In this document: one piece after another, positions 44,170 through 59,039 of the stretch
Numbering within the stretch: position 1 is the stretch's first letter
How the letters are laid out: every line of letters starts with the position of its first letter
Assembly: GCF_009914755.1 (NCBI RefSeq)
Contig: NC_060933.1
Length of the DNA stretch: 64,000 nt
Origin: the human T2T-CHM13v2.0 reference genome, Homo sapiens
Reading direction: 5' to 3' (one strand)
Translations under genes and position numbers: made by a program
Notes under the pieces: model-generated
Seen by the model: only the letters and a program-made list of their open reading frames with translations
The model's database searches: none
Told to the model about the DNA's origin: nothing

Positions 44170-45010
44170 CGCTGTTCTCAGCAGCGTCCGCATTTGTACT
44201 CACCTGTGCGCCCCCAGCGCCCGGCCTGGGGGCCCTGCGGGGCGGGGGCGGGGGCGGGGGCGGGGCCCAACCCTGCCCACCCCTCGTGATGCCCCGCCCC
44301 GTCGCTCCTGCGCCTGCGCCGTGCCCACCGACCGGCCTCGAGCGCCCCGGCGGGAGGTAAGGGGCTCTCTGGAGGCCGCCTTTGGGGGCGTCGGGCCCTC
44401 ACAGGCTTGGTGGGCCTGGCGCCCGTGTGGCGCGCGCAAGAGGCGCTGGGCGGCAAGTAGGGCATTGGATCCGAAGTGCGAGCGCCATGGTGGCTCCTCC
44501 TGTTTTTCAGAAGTGGCGGAGCCTCGCTTGGTTTCGTTTTTGGAAGCTTTATTGGAAGCTGGTATAGGGAGGCCGCAGACGATGCGAGCAGGACGGCCTC
44601 CCGGGGTCGCGGGGTGGAAAAGTTTCCGGCGCGCGTCCTGTCTCTGGCGCGCTGTAGGCCCCGGGTCGCCAGGGTCGCTGGCGTCTGGGTCCCGGGACAG
44701 ACCCGCGCATCCGTTCGCTGGTGGGGGCGTTTGGTGTGTGTGGCCCAGGTGTGCTGTGGGTGACACTGCGAGGAATGACGCGACGCTCGATGGTAGTGAG
44801 GCTCGGAGGACTGGGAGCGAGAGGCCGGAAGCCCCTGCTCGCCAAACCCAGAGGTGGTTGGCAGAAGGTCCCACACCTTGGCTCCCTCCTTTTAGCTAAC
44901 CGAGGTTCAGAGAGGAGACTTTACGTTGACTTTTCTCTCCAAATTCGGTATCTCTTCCATAAGTCAGAAACATTAAGCGGCGGGCCGGAAGAAATCGGGC
45001 GCCACTAGTA
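44170..45010. promoter_or_regulatory. CpG island; bidirectional STX17 / STX17-DT promoter
   Basis: High GC and CpG; tandem GC boxes at 44239-44265 and 44291-44300; NRF1-like TGCGCCTGCGC at 44309-44319; ETS CCGGAAG near 44825 and 44985; TATA-less. Confidence 0.92.
44292..44356 (+). other. STX17: STX17 non-coding exon 1 (start approximate)
   Basis: Donor GAG|GTAAGG at 44356/44357, just downstream of the GC boxes. Confidence 0.8.
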
Positions 45011-45304
45011 TCCTGAAAAGTGGGAGCTCTGGGCCGATGGAAGGTGTTCGTCACTTTTGGGGGCTGGGTTTCCTGAGAAATGGGGTCTTTCACTTATTAA
45101 TAACCTCCTAAGTAACTTACTGGGAAACATGAGTATTATGGTACCCATCTCATATTAGTTGTAAGCACTACATGATAAAGTTTGTAAAGCACCTGGCACA
45201 GTCCTGGCACCCCTCTCTCCAAGTATTAATGCAGTGAATACGATGGCAGTTCTTTGACTTCTAAATGTTTTTACCTGTCTTACGTGAAACATCCTCTTAT
45301 ACTA

Positions 45305-46935
45305 AAAAACTTTTTTATTTTGAAATAATTTTAAAATTACAGAAAAGTTTCAAAAGTAATACAGAGTTCCCTATTGCCTCCATTAATAATTTTTTACATA
45401 CCATAGCGCAATTATCAAAAGCAAGAAGTTAATATTAGTATAATACTATTAACTGAATTACTAACTTGTGATTTTTTTTCCTGTATTAATGTCCTTTTTC
45501 TATTCTAGGATCCACTCTAAGACCCGACATTGCAGTTAGTTGTCTTGGGTCCTTGGTCTCCTCCAGTCTGTGACAGTTCCTCAGTCTTTTCCTGTCTTTA
45601 CACTGATAGTCTTTTTCTGTCTTTATACTCTTTCTGATCTTTACACTTTTGAAGAATGCTGGTCAGTTATTTTGTAGAGTGCCCCTCAAATGGGGTTTGT
45701 CCAGTGTTCTCTCATGATTAGATTAAGGTTATACATTTTTGTTAAGAACACAAAAGTGTGTGTGCCCTTCTCAGTTCATCATATGAGCATAGCTGATATA
45801 TATGACTTATTGCTCGTGAGGTTAATCTTGATCACTTGGTAGAGAGTGTCTGCTGGGATTCTCCAATGTAAAGGTCTTATTTTTCTCCTTATAATTGACA
45901 TCTTGGGGGGGGAGCTTTTAAACCGTACGCATATCCTGTTTCTCCTCAGACTTTCCCTTGCTAAATTTCACATCCATTGGTGGATCTTGCCTTCAGCAAT
46001 TATTATGACTATGGTGTTCTAATGATGATTTTCTACTTTCCTCATTTCTTTATTAATTGAAATTATTCTGTAAGGATGAGCTGCCCATTTCCCATTTGTT
46101 TATTTGTATTCCGTTATTTATTTGTATCCATGTGGACTTAGATGTTTTTCTATTGGTTGTTATCCTACACTTGTGTTATTTTATGTTTGAAATTGTTCCA
46201 GCTTTGATCATTGGGAGTTTTCTTTCAGGTTGCTTTCTGTAGCTTTTCAGCATGCTTCCATCCTTTTTTTTCTTTTTTGGAACTTCCTAATTTTCTGGTA
46301 CCATAGGATGCCCCAGGCTCATCTTGTGTTTTCTGTGCCTCAGCCCTGATAGTCAGCCACTTCTCCAACGACCCGTAGTTTCTTTTTTTGGAGAATAGTA
46401 TTTAAACACAAAGATCTGTGCTCTAGGGATGCTCATTGCTACTGGGGTAACATTGCTTCCAGGGCCCCACAGAAGACACCAGTCTATACATATGCATACC
46501 CATGCATACACAAAGATCTATGTTTATTTCTGTATTTGTCTATCCATATACTTTTTAAAAACAAAAGTTCATCCCAGTAGCTTTGCTTCTAGTCTAACAC
46601 CACAGGGTTCATTCTAGTTTTGTCCCTTATTTTTAACTTTTTATCTGACAGTGAGAAATCTGACTCTTGGCATTCTACAAAATATTTTCTTATTTCTTCA
46701 GTCCTAGTATACACATAAAGTAATTTCAGGATTTCTGACCTATGTTCCTGTGAGAAACACATTTACTAAATAGAGTACAGTGTAGTTCTTTTTGTCTCTA
46801 GGCTTATAGTATTCAGTTAAAATATTGTTTTCTAAAGTGGCTTAGATAATTTTTCTTCCTCACTTCTTTCAGTGTGGTTATGCTATTCGTTTATAATACA
46901 GTTTATGTTTTTATAGTTTATATTCCATTTTGGAG
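45305..46935 (-). mobile_element. Old L1MC-like 3' region
   Basis: TTTTATTTTGAAATAATTTT...ACAGAAAAGTT and GGTCAGTTATTTTGTAGA are L1MC motifs. Confidence 0.65.
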
Positions 46936-47316
46936 GGAAAGAGTCTAAAGGTAGACTAATTGAAGCTCCATTATCATGGCTATGCATATTGTGCTATTTG
47001 ACTAGAGTGATAGGATTAGCAATTGTATAGAAGGGACGTGTGAAGAAATATTTTAGTTCAGGCAGCATCTATTGAACAACAGGTGTGTTCAAAAAACATT
47101 TTGATAGGAATGATGGTAGATATAAAGATAATCTCTTTGTGGTATAGAAGAAAAGAAAAGAGGCAGTGTGATAGATTGGGAAATGTTAATGTTAGACAAA
47201 TAATTGATACATTTAACATGTAATAGCCTTTTATGAGTTAATAAGAGAAAGACATCCCCTGTAGTAAAAACAGATGCATATGACATGAACAGGCAATTCA
47301 TGAAAGAAGAAATGCA

Positions 47317-47590
47317 ATGAGTACAAAAAAATAGTGATAGAGGATGAATAAAATATAGTACTTGATAGCCGAACAGGGTGACTATAATAATTCAATTGTA
47401 TATTTAAAAATAACTAAAAGAGTATAACTGGATTGTTTGCAACACAAAGAATAAATGCTTGAGGTGATGGATACCTCATTTACCCTAATGTGATTATTAC
47501 ACATTGTATGCCTGTATCAAAATAACTCAAATATCCCATAAATATATACCTACTACTAATATATACCCACAAAAATTAAAAATTAAAAAA
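47317..47590 (+). mobile_element. L1MA 3' end fragment
   Basis: GATAAATGCTTGAGGTGATGGATACC-like motif and CCCACAAAAATTAAAAA; TSD AAAGAAGAAATGCA. Confidence 0.8.
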
Positions 47591-47602
47591 AGAAGAAATG
47601 CA

Positions 47603-47910
47603 GCTGGGCATGGTGCCTCACACTTGTAATCCTAGCACTTTGGGAGGCCGAGGCAGGTGGATCACCTGAGGTCGGGAGTTCGAGACCAGCCTGGCCAACA
47701 TGGTGAAACCCCGTCTCTACTAAAAATACAAAAATTAGCTGGGCGTGGTGGCACGTGCCTGTAATCCCAGCTACTTGGGAGGCTGAGGCAGGAGAGTCAC
47801 TTGAACCTAAGGGGCGGAGGTTGCAGTGAGCTGAGATCGCACCACTTCACTCCAGCCTGGGCAAAAGAGTGAGACTCCGTCTCAAAACAAAAAAAAAGAA
47901 AAAAAAAAAA
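47603..47910 (+). mobile_element. Alu (AluSx-like)
   Basis: Full sense dimer flanked by AAGAAATGCA. Confidence 0.94.
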
Positions 47911-48169
47911 GAAATGCAAATGGCTGATAAATCCACCCTGTTAGTAATTTAAGGAATGCAAAGTAAAGCAATAATGAGACATCATTTTTTTCACCAATGA
48001 CATGTCTAAGAATGATAATACTAAGTATATTGCTTGGAATATGGATAAATGGACATTGTGTTATGTTTCTGGTAGGAACATAATAGGCATAACCTTTTGT
48101 GGGATATGGCTATATATATGTTTTAAAAACCTTGAAAAATCTGTCTACCTAATAATTCTATTTCTAGAT

Positions 48170-50235
<2,066 letters not shown>

Positions 50236-51609
50236 TAAAGAAATAATTATAGGCAGCAGTATGGATTTATGTGTAAGCAGGGTAATTACACTGTAGTTTA
50301 TAATAGTGGAAAATTAGAAACAACCTAAATAGCCAATAATAGCCAATTTGTAAAATTGTGAAGCATCTACGTAATTATAGAAAATTATTTACATGGAAAC
50401 ATTTTTATTATACTTCATCACACTATTCAAAATAAATGTTTTATTTTCTTTGTTCTTTCATCCACCCATTTATTCTATCCGTTAACAGTTTATTCTATTC
50501 ATTGCTCCTTGCTATTCCACTCCTTTGGGTTTATTTTCTTTATTGTTGAAATATTCCTTTAAGTACTTTTAATGAGGGGCTTGGTAATAAACTCTCTTAG
50601 TCCTTGTATGTCTGAAAATGATTATTTTGCTTTCATTTTAAATGATAATTTACCTGGGAATATACCAACTCTCTCAGCACTTTGAAGGTATTTCTGTCTT
50701 TTAATATCTTGCTTTTAAAAGCAATATATTATTGCTTTATCAGTCTTTTATGTCTCATTTTTTTAATGATTCTTGTTCTTTAATGTTTTGCAATTTCCCT
50801 TCCATGTATTTAGGCAAATTTGGTTTCTTTTTAATGTATGCTACTTGAGGCTGATGTGCTTTTTCAGTTTGAGGTCTTACATTTTAATTATCAGTATATT
50901 CTCTTTGAATAATTCCTTCTTACTGTTTTCTTTGTTCTTTCTTTCTGGGACTTCTACTTGTTATTAAGCTTCTGATTTTATCCTTTATGTCTTTTATCTT
51001 CTTTTTTATACTTTTCATCTTTTTATTCCTCTGTGTTCTGAGTGATTTCTTCCAATCAATAATTGTTTCTTATCTATATAATTTACTGTTTAACACATCT
51101 TTTGAGATTTTCATTTCTAGAAGTTTTACTTGTTTTATATTCAGGCTGGCCTCTTACTGTTTCATAATATCTATTTTTTTAAAAGATTCTGTTCCTTTTT
51201 GGAATAGAATGTTTTTGGATATTTAAAAATATACTTACTTTAGTTTCTTTTTAAAATTATTTTATTATCTTTCGTCCATTAGGTATGAATTTTCCTGTTT
51301 TGTTGGGTCTGTGGATGGTCTCTTTTGGTAATGAATTTCTCCATATGTCCCCAGTTTCCATTCACTGTTGCACCTGTTTTACCCTCTTTGTTTTTGTACC
51401 TGGAGATTTTCCTTTTTGACTTTTGAGCCTTGTATCAAACATAAAAACCAAGTTACTAATGGGTAGGTATTGGAGGCAGTCTATATAACCAACACATCAA
51501 GATTTTCAACTGTGAAAGAAAGGGGATAAATATTTAATGTTTTGGGGATGATAGATCTCTGAGAATCCCTTGAAACAATGGACTCTATTCTCCAAAATAA
51601 ACTATATTC

Positions 51610-51753
51610 ACTTTTTTTTTCTTTTTTTTTTTTTGTAGAGATGGGATTTTGGCATGTTGCCCAGGCTGGCCATGAACTCCTGGGCTCAAGTGGTCCTCCC
51701 GCCTTGGCCTCCCAAAGTGCTGGTATTACAGACATGAGCCACCGTACCCGGCC
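51610..51753 (-). mobile_element. FLAM / Alu left monomer
   Basis: GTAGAGATGGGATTTTGGCATGTTGCCCAGGCTGG...GAGCCACCGTACCCGGCC. Confidence 0.85.
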
Positions 51754-52826
51754 CCTTCATTCACAATTTTTCATAAAGATTCAGTGGCTCCACAAAGTCT
51801 GTATGTGAATTCCTATCTTTATAGACCCTGGACTAAGACAGCATAACTCAGCAGTATTAACATACTCAACTTAAAATTTTTTAAACATGGGTGAGGTTGT
51901 GGCTAATGAAATGGCATGAAAGCATGGTGTACAATGGTGGCTTTCAAGCTTGGTTAAGCTGTGAAGCCCATTATTTATATAAGCTCTGATAAGCTCCAAT
52001 TCATAAAATAGTTGTAAGTAAAGTTTCTACAACTGAAGTAGGGAGTGGAGTCCTGGAACCTACTCACCTCTAGCCCCTACGCTTGTACTCTGGCCCCAAA
52101 TGCATACCCTTGGACTTTCTGGAACACTAGTAGGAAACTACTGGTGAAGTGGAAAAAGTATTTCAATGTAATTTCAGAAAATCTGGGTTCTTATTCCAGC
52201 TCTGTCACTGGTTTTTTGAATCAGTTGTAGGCAATACTAATCACTTTATTGAAAATGGAAGAGGCAGTTTAAAGCACATCAATGAGAAAAGTTGCATATT
52301 ATGTTATCATATATTTGAAGTTGTGTAATTACAAAGTTACATTATGATGACATTAGACATGAAGTTTGATACAAGCATCAGTGTTAAGCCATTTGATACC
52401 TTTTTAAAAAAGGTTATTCAATGTCCAAGATAGATCAGAAAATGAAAACTTGGACAGTATACTCCTAGCTTTTTTAAAAGTATTTATATACATACATACC
52501 TACTTACATAGAAAAAGACCTGGAGAGACGTATGCCAAAATGTAAAGAGTACATTTTGTACTCTTTGTAAAAGGTGAGGAGATGACTGCTGACTTTATTT
52601 AATTCTTCATTTATTTATATTGTCTGAACATTCTAAAATATAATTTTTGTAAAGAGAAAAAGATTTAAAAATCAGTGGTTTCATAAAGAAAAAAACAAGT
52701 CACTCAAGGTCAGCATTAGAAATATTCTATTTATTGATTTAGAATAAATTGTAAAACTAATCGTTGGCTTTTAAAAATAGTGGAAACAGATTTGAAAACA
52801 TTCTTAAAGAAATATTTTTCTTTTAG

Positions 52827-52888
52827 GTTTTTCTATATGAGTGGAGAAGACAGCTGTTACCAGGGAGGTCATACAACATTTTTTTAGG
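52827..52888 (+). other. STX17: STX17 exon 2, 5' UTR portion
   Basis: Acceptor TTTTTCTTTTAG|G at 52826/52827. Confidence 0.8.
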
Positions 52889-53011
52889 ATGTCTGAAGAT
52901 GAAGAAAAAGTGAAATTACGCCGTCTTGAACCAGCTATCCAGAAATTCATTAAGATAGTAATCCCAACAGACCTGGAAAGGTTAAGAAAGCACCAGATAA
53001 ATATTGAGAAG
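52889..53011 (+). CDS. STX17: Syntaxin-17 first coding exon (aa 1-41)
   Basis: MSEDEEKVKLRRLEPAIQKFIKIVIPTDLERLRKHQINIEK matches the STX17 N-terminus; phase-0 donor AAG|GTGAGC at 53011/53012. Confidence 0.96.
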
Positions 53012-53234
53012 GTGAGCTGTTTCATTTACTACCACAAGAAATAGTTACATAGTTTGATTTATATTGGTTGTTCATTTCAGCTAAATTTAGAATATTAGAT
53101 AAGAGGCATTGCTGAAACACCTAGCTCCTATTGATTTAGCAACATTATGCATTTTTTAGCTGGTTTTTCTGTTCTGCATATATACCTCTCATATATTCCT
53201 TTTTCTGGGAAGGGATATAGGAATAGAGTCTATG

Positions 53235-53507
53235 CTTTTTTGTTTGTTTGTTTGTTTGAGAGACAAGGTCTTGCTCTGTTGCCCAGGCTGGAGTGCAGTG
53301 GCATGATCATAGCCTACTGCAACCTCAAACTTCTGGGCTCAAGCTATCTACACACCACTATCCGTGGCTAACTTATTTTTATTTTTTTGGAGAAACAAGT
53401 TCTTGCTTTGTTGCCCAGGCTGGTCTTGAACTCCTGGCCTCAAGCTGTCCTCCTGTTTTGCCTTCCAAAGTGTTGGGATTACAGGTGTGAGCCGTGGCGC
53501 CTGGCCA
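53235..53507 (-). mobile_element. AluJ-like with internal deletion
   Basis: Antisense Alu; AGTCTAT on both flanks. Confidence 0.87.
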
Positions 53508-54039
53508 AGTCTATACCTTTTTAATTGTACATATTGAGGTTTTAGGCAGTTAATAATTAAGATACAAATTGATTGATGGTGCACTATAATGTAAAGGCAG
53601 AGAACTTTGGCTAATGTACCTGCCTTAATTTCATTCACCCCATGGCAAGTTTTTGAACTTTGAGTGTGTGTCTTTCAGTAACTCGTATTCTCTTTAGGTA
53701 TACATACATTAAAGAAGTAAATCATTGTGAGATATGAGGGAATTTCCTTACTTCACAGCTTCCCTTTGAGGAAAGCTCACAATTGAGAAGTACTGCCTAA
53801 TTCAGTTGAGGAAATAGGTAAGGAGAAGATGAATTAGTCTCAGGGACTATGATAGAGGTTGCATAGAACCTACCATGCTCCGGTGAAGTGGCTGTGGCAT
53901 TTTTGGAAACATCAAGTTTACTCAGTACTGAGCATTAATTTGGCAGATTATGTTGTCTTATTTGCTGTGGGACAGGCCAGTGATATTTTTTGTTTCAAAA
54001 AGACTTTTCCCAGCATAAGTCTTAAGCTGCAGAACCTCC

Positions 54040-54041
54040 AT

Positions 54042-54076
<35 letters not shown>

Positions 54077-54107
54077 TTCATTCATTCATTCATTCATTCA
54101 TTCATTC
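54040..54107. repeat. Compound (TTTA)n(TTCA)n microsatellite
   Basis: Read directly from the sequence. Confidence 0.95.
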
Positions 54108-55774
54108 TTTTGAAGGTTGGGAGTGGAGGATATGGTCATTAAGCCTTTCAATATAAACATTATTCATTACTCAACTCAGTAGCATATAGAAGTCAGAAAA
54201 GTGTACCTTTTTCTTCCATAGATACCATCTGTCTTTCTAGAATTCAAGTCCTTTTAAAAGTGGAGAAAATCAGTTCTGAGAATATTAAAATGAAAAGTTT
54301 AATGCGAATATTTGAAGTCTTTCTAGAATTTAGGATTAGTATTTTGTCATCCTTGAATTTCTTCTTTACTTACAAGCAATAAGTAATACTGTGACTTTTA
54401 AGGATGGATAAGGAGTTGTTTAGTAAATGGGTTCTTTTTAACATGAATGGAAGCAAATTAAGGCCATTTCTTTCCTTTGTTGTCCTACTTTTCCTTTGAG
54501 GTTTGGCATGTCTGTCTTAGATTTCCTTTTTTTTATGTTTATTCTATACAAAAATGCCTGCTGTCAGTACCCTCAGATCCTTGCTACATGTACCACCCAA
54601 TCAGTCATCAATGGAAAAGCCAGGTGGGTGGGGATAGAATGGTTATATTACTGATTTTATTAGTTGTGCCAGAAGTCACAAGAAGATTATTCCAGAGTTA
54701 CATCCATCCATCTCTGCCAGACATTTTTTTCTTTAGCATTTTATGAAATTTTTACTTACTGTGGAATTTTTAGACAGTATCAGAATAATTATAATGTAGG
54801 TGATATCATCTTAAGCCAAACAGTTAATTTTATACTGATCTAGGTTTTATTCCATATCCTTGATCATTCCACTGTCTCTAGGATGTCTAGCTTAATTATA
54901 AAAGTGACTTTTTTTTATCTATATAGGATTGAATAGCTTATTTTAATAGATATGTTATGGAAATGTAAAAACATTTAAAAGCTGCAGGGCTCACTCTGGA
55001 CAAAAGAGTTAAGAACTAAGTTTGGACTCCAGGTGTCTGACAGTGCCTCACTTTCAAAAAGGCATATTATTCTTAGGGGAAAGGTGTAGAAAGATAAAAT
55101 ATTTATTATGCTGGACATCAGTCATCCAATATGAATTTAAAAGAAGAAAGTCAGACTGAAGGGAAATTGAAGGTAAGCCTTAGTGGAGTGATTCTGCAAC
55201 ATCTGAAAACAATGAGCATAGTGTGCTGTGGACACCTGGAGCTGTATTCCATAGGTCCTTCATTTTATTATACATGATAAACTTGATTAGAATGTAATCC
55301 TGAAATTTGAAGTGTTAGCATTCAGCTTTCTTGGCTAATGTAAGATAGACTTAAGCATTGTTAGTAGGAATGACAAGATAGTAAGCTTGGAACATAATTT
55401 TCTTTGTTTCGTATTGTAGGGATTTGGGGAAAAACTTACTGTGTAGCACATACTGTATTAGTTATATGGATAAGGTACAAGAGGCAGAAAACTCAAAAAT
55501 CATATGTTAAATAAGATAGAGGTTTTTGTTTTGTTTTGCTTTTGTTTTTAATCTCATAGTAACAGAGGTAGTCTGGGGTACAGTGGCTGCTCAGCAATCA
55601 TCAAAGACCCAGGCTGTTTTTATCTTGCTCTCCCATCCTCAACTTGGTTCTACCTTGTGTGTAAAATGGCTACTCTAGCACCAGCCATCACATCCACATT
55701 CCAGCTTGGATGGAATAACCAGAATCATACCTTTTCTATGTTCTTTTTTCTCTCAGTGCATTTGTTGTCTCTCT

Positions 55775-56075
55775 CTCTTTTTAAAATAGAGACAGAGTCT
55801 CACTCTGTTGCCCAGGCTGGAGTGCAGTGGTGCAATCATAGCTCACTGTAATGTTAAACTCCTAAGTTAAAGCAATCCTCCTGTCTCAGCTTCCTGAATA
55901 GCTAAGACTTCAGGTGTCCTCTACCATGTTCAGCTAATTTTTAAATATTTTTGTAGAGACGGGGTCTCACTATGCTGCCCAGGCCTATCTCATCTAAAAG
56001 CCCTGGCCTCAAGTGATCCTCCTGTGTTGGCCTCTCAAAGTGCTAGGATTACAGATGTGAACAACCATGTCTGGC
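55775..56075 (-). mobile_element. AluJ-like
   Basis: Antisense Alu with an atypical insertion at about 55984-56003. Confidence 0.87.
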
Positions 56076-56926
56076 CTCTCCTTTTCTTTTAAAGAGAATT
56101 CTGTTTTCATTTCGTGGATGCTGTATCATAACATCTTTCTATAGTTTTTTTTTTTTTGTAAGTTTTCTTCTGCTTCTTTGTCCTGTTTTTCCCAAGTCCC
56201 TTTTTTCTTTCTTCTCTCTCTCTCTTTCTTCTGTTTCAGCATATAGTATTATAGGCTTTTCTTGGCTGGCTTTTGATATTTAAGAGTGCTGATTGGAAAG
56301 TATGTGTGTAAATGTGTTTGTGTGTATGCATGTGGGTAGCAGGTTAGGGTGGGGGCTTTGCTGTCTGGAGGGGTGAATAGCTGAGAATCTATTTTAATTG
56401 GAGAACCACTAGATGTCAGTAACTCTAGGTCTTGTTAGCTGTTCAGTTTTAAGAAAGAGCAGTCCTCCATCTCCTACCTGTTGGGGTGTGTTTATTTTTT
56501 CAAAGGCGATAGTTGTGGCAGGGGTTGGGTGAGGAGCTTGGAGGGGTGGATATAGTATGAATTTTGTGACCAGCCTTTTAAGCCAGGGGAAGGAAAGTAG
56601 GTGAAGAGGTGAACAGGCTCACCACCATTCAGATATTTATTGTCCAGGCTTAATCTTCCTGGTTGTGGTGTGGTAACTGATCCCTGCCCTTAGCTGTGCT
56701 TGGTATCCAGGGTCCTTAGCTTCTCTAGCCTCTCCAGAGGCTGTCTTCTATAGTATTGTCTTGTGCAGTGATGGAACAGGGCAGTTACTCGGGCAAGTAT
56801 AGAGGGGATCTGGTGGACTACCCGTTCATTACATAAACTTTCAACCAATCCTTTTGCTTTTTGCCCCACCATGCACTTCCATCTGGTTACCTGGTAGCTG
56901 GTACCTTCAGTTGCTTAGTCGTTTTT

Positions 56927-57048
56927 TAGAGACGAGGTCTCACCATGCTGCCCAGGCCCATCCCATCTCAAAGCGCTGGCCTCAAGTGATCCTCCTGCAT
57001 TGGCCTCTCAAAGTGCTAGGATTACAGACATGAACAACCATGCTTGGC
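56927..57048 (-). mobile_element. Partial Alu left arm, local copy of 55954-56075
   Basis: Shares private variants with the upstream Alu. Confidence 0.8.
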
Positions 57049-59039
57049 TGTGGCTTGCTTCTCATTGCCACTCTTCCCTACCATGTACCCCTTTTGCAGG
57101 CTTACATTTTAGCTTTCTTTGGTTTGCTGAGTCAGTTACAACATATCCATACTCTTTCTAGCTTCCAAAATGTTGCAAAATGTTAAATTTTTTTGTCAGT
57201 TGATGTCTTCTATTCTCATTCTTGTGAATTTATACTTTCTAAAGTTCTTTGTTGTCATTTAGTGGGATTTTGGAAAAGAGTAGAGATGAATATTTGTGTT
57301 GAATCTGCCAGGTTTAATGAGAAGGGAGATTATTTATTATAGGAAATAAATGTTAGCTTTTCGTAAATATTTATTGATGTTTGCTATTTCTTAGATTGTT
57401 AGCATTGAGGAATATGTAAAAGATAGATTTTTAATTCTCAAGAAGTTTGCAGTCCAGTTAAGGAAATAAGATAGGAAATAGTCAAAAAATGATAAGAGGC
57501 AGCATATAATTACTATGAAAATGGATGGCATGGGCTATTCAAGCAACATGAAATCTGAACTATATAGTATAAAATCAGACATAATCAGTCTTATTTATTG
57601 TTAATCTGTGATTACAATGAAAGTATTTTTCATTTCTCTTTTTAGTGTGTGAATATCTGCTTTGATCTTTTAATCACCTTTCCCAACCTCGTTCCTTTTT
57701 TCTGACAGAACCCCATTCAGTTTCCTTCCTTTGTGTTTCAAGATAGGCAAGCCTCAGCACAGGTGGTGAATGATAATGGTCTGATAAATGTGGTAATTCC
57801 AATCTTGTCAGTGTTTGGTTACCAGTGAACAATAGACATATCCTGTAGTTCTGGCCAGTTATACCTGAGGGAAAACCTGTTTGGGGTGTGGAAACTGGAA
57901 AGATTTTCCTACTGTTATGAAGATATACAGATATGCGTGGAAGGAAACAGTCCTCTTCTTCTTCTTGGTCTTGTGTGTCTTCCTGTTGTATCTAGAACTG
58001 TAACCAATCCTCTTGCAGCTATTAGGGGACAAAATCTGAGGACAAAAGCTCCTTATTGAAAGTAGTAAAGCAGCAACATAGAACTTGGACACTTAATGAC
58101 CTTGTAAGCTTCTGAATTAAACTAATGTAGAATTATTCTACTTCTAGATTGCTTTGTATGTGAGATAATAAATACTTATTATTAAAGCCATTTTTAACTT
58201 TGGGTTTTCTGTTGTTTGCAACCCAAAGCATAGTAATTGGCTAAATTATGGCACTACTTCAAACTACCTCTCTAGTGCCACCATGCAAAGAGACAGTACC
58301 AAAATGATACTTTGTAAAAGTAGTGCTGTTTAGCAATGCTTGTCAGGGATCTCAACTTAACTAAATTTGTAAGGAGTTACTTGTAATTTTTTTCACACAT
58401 ATCACTAAATCATTTTAAGTTTTTTCTCCTCCTCAAACATTTGGATTGATAACTTAATAGTGTATCCTAATTTAGTTATAAAATCATGTAAACAGTAGGA
58501 ATCTGAATTATTCCTTATTTTTCTTGTAATTTGTTGTAATAAGAAATAAGTTCATCTAGTTCATCCTCCACTTGAAATAGGAATCTCTTCTAGTTTTCTT
58601 GACAGGTGAGAAAATAATAACAGTGGAGGTAGTAGTTGTTTTCATTTGCTGAGTGCTGTGTTAGGTGTTTTTATATATCATAGCATTTAATCCTTATAGC
58701 ATCATTATAGGTTAGTTATTGTTACTGCCTTCGCTTTTTAGGTGGAGAAAGATTTAGAGTAAATTACTTGCTTGAGATCCCTATGTTAGTAAATGTGTTA
58801 AACTTCTAACATGCTTGAAATGTAGTGTGCTTCTGAAAAAAAGTGTGTTGAATGAATGAATATACATGTATAGAGCCTAAGATTACATCATTTTAGAAGC
58901 CACTCTATACTGACAGCTTTTTAAATTGACTTTGTAATCAATTAAATGAATTCCATAAGACTTTTTTTTATATGAATTACATGTATTGAATCAGATCACA
59001 CCTATTTCTTATACTGGTGCAATTGCTCTTTTTAATTTA

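Noticed and set aside
44156-45008. Overlapping 220-250-aa ORFs on both strands
   Set aside because: Expected stop-codon depletion in a GC-rich CpG island; low-complexity R/P/G/A translations that cross splice donors.
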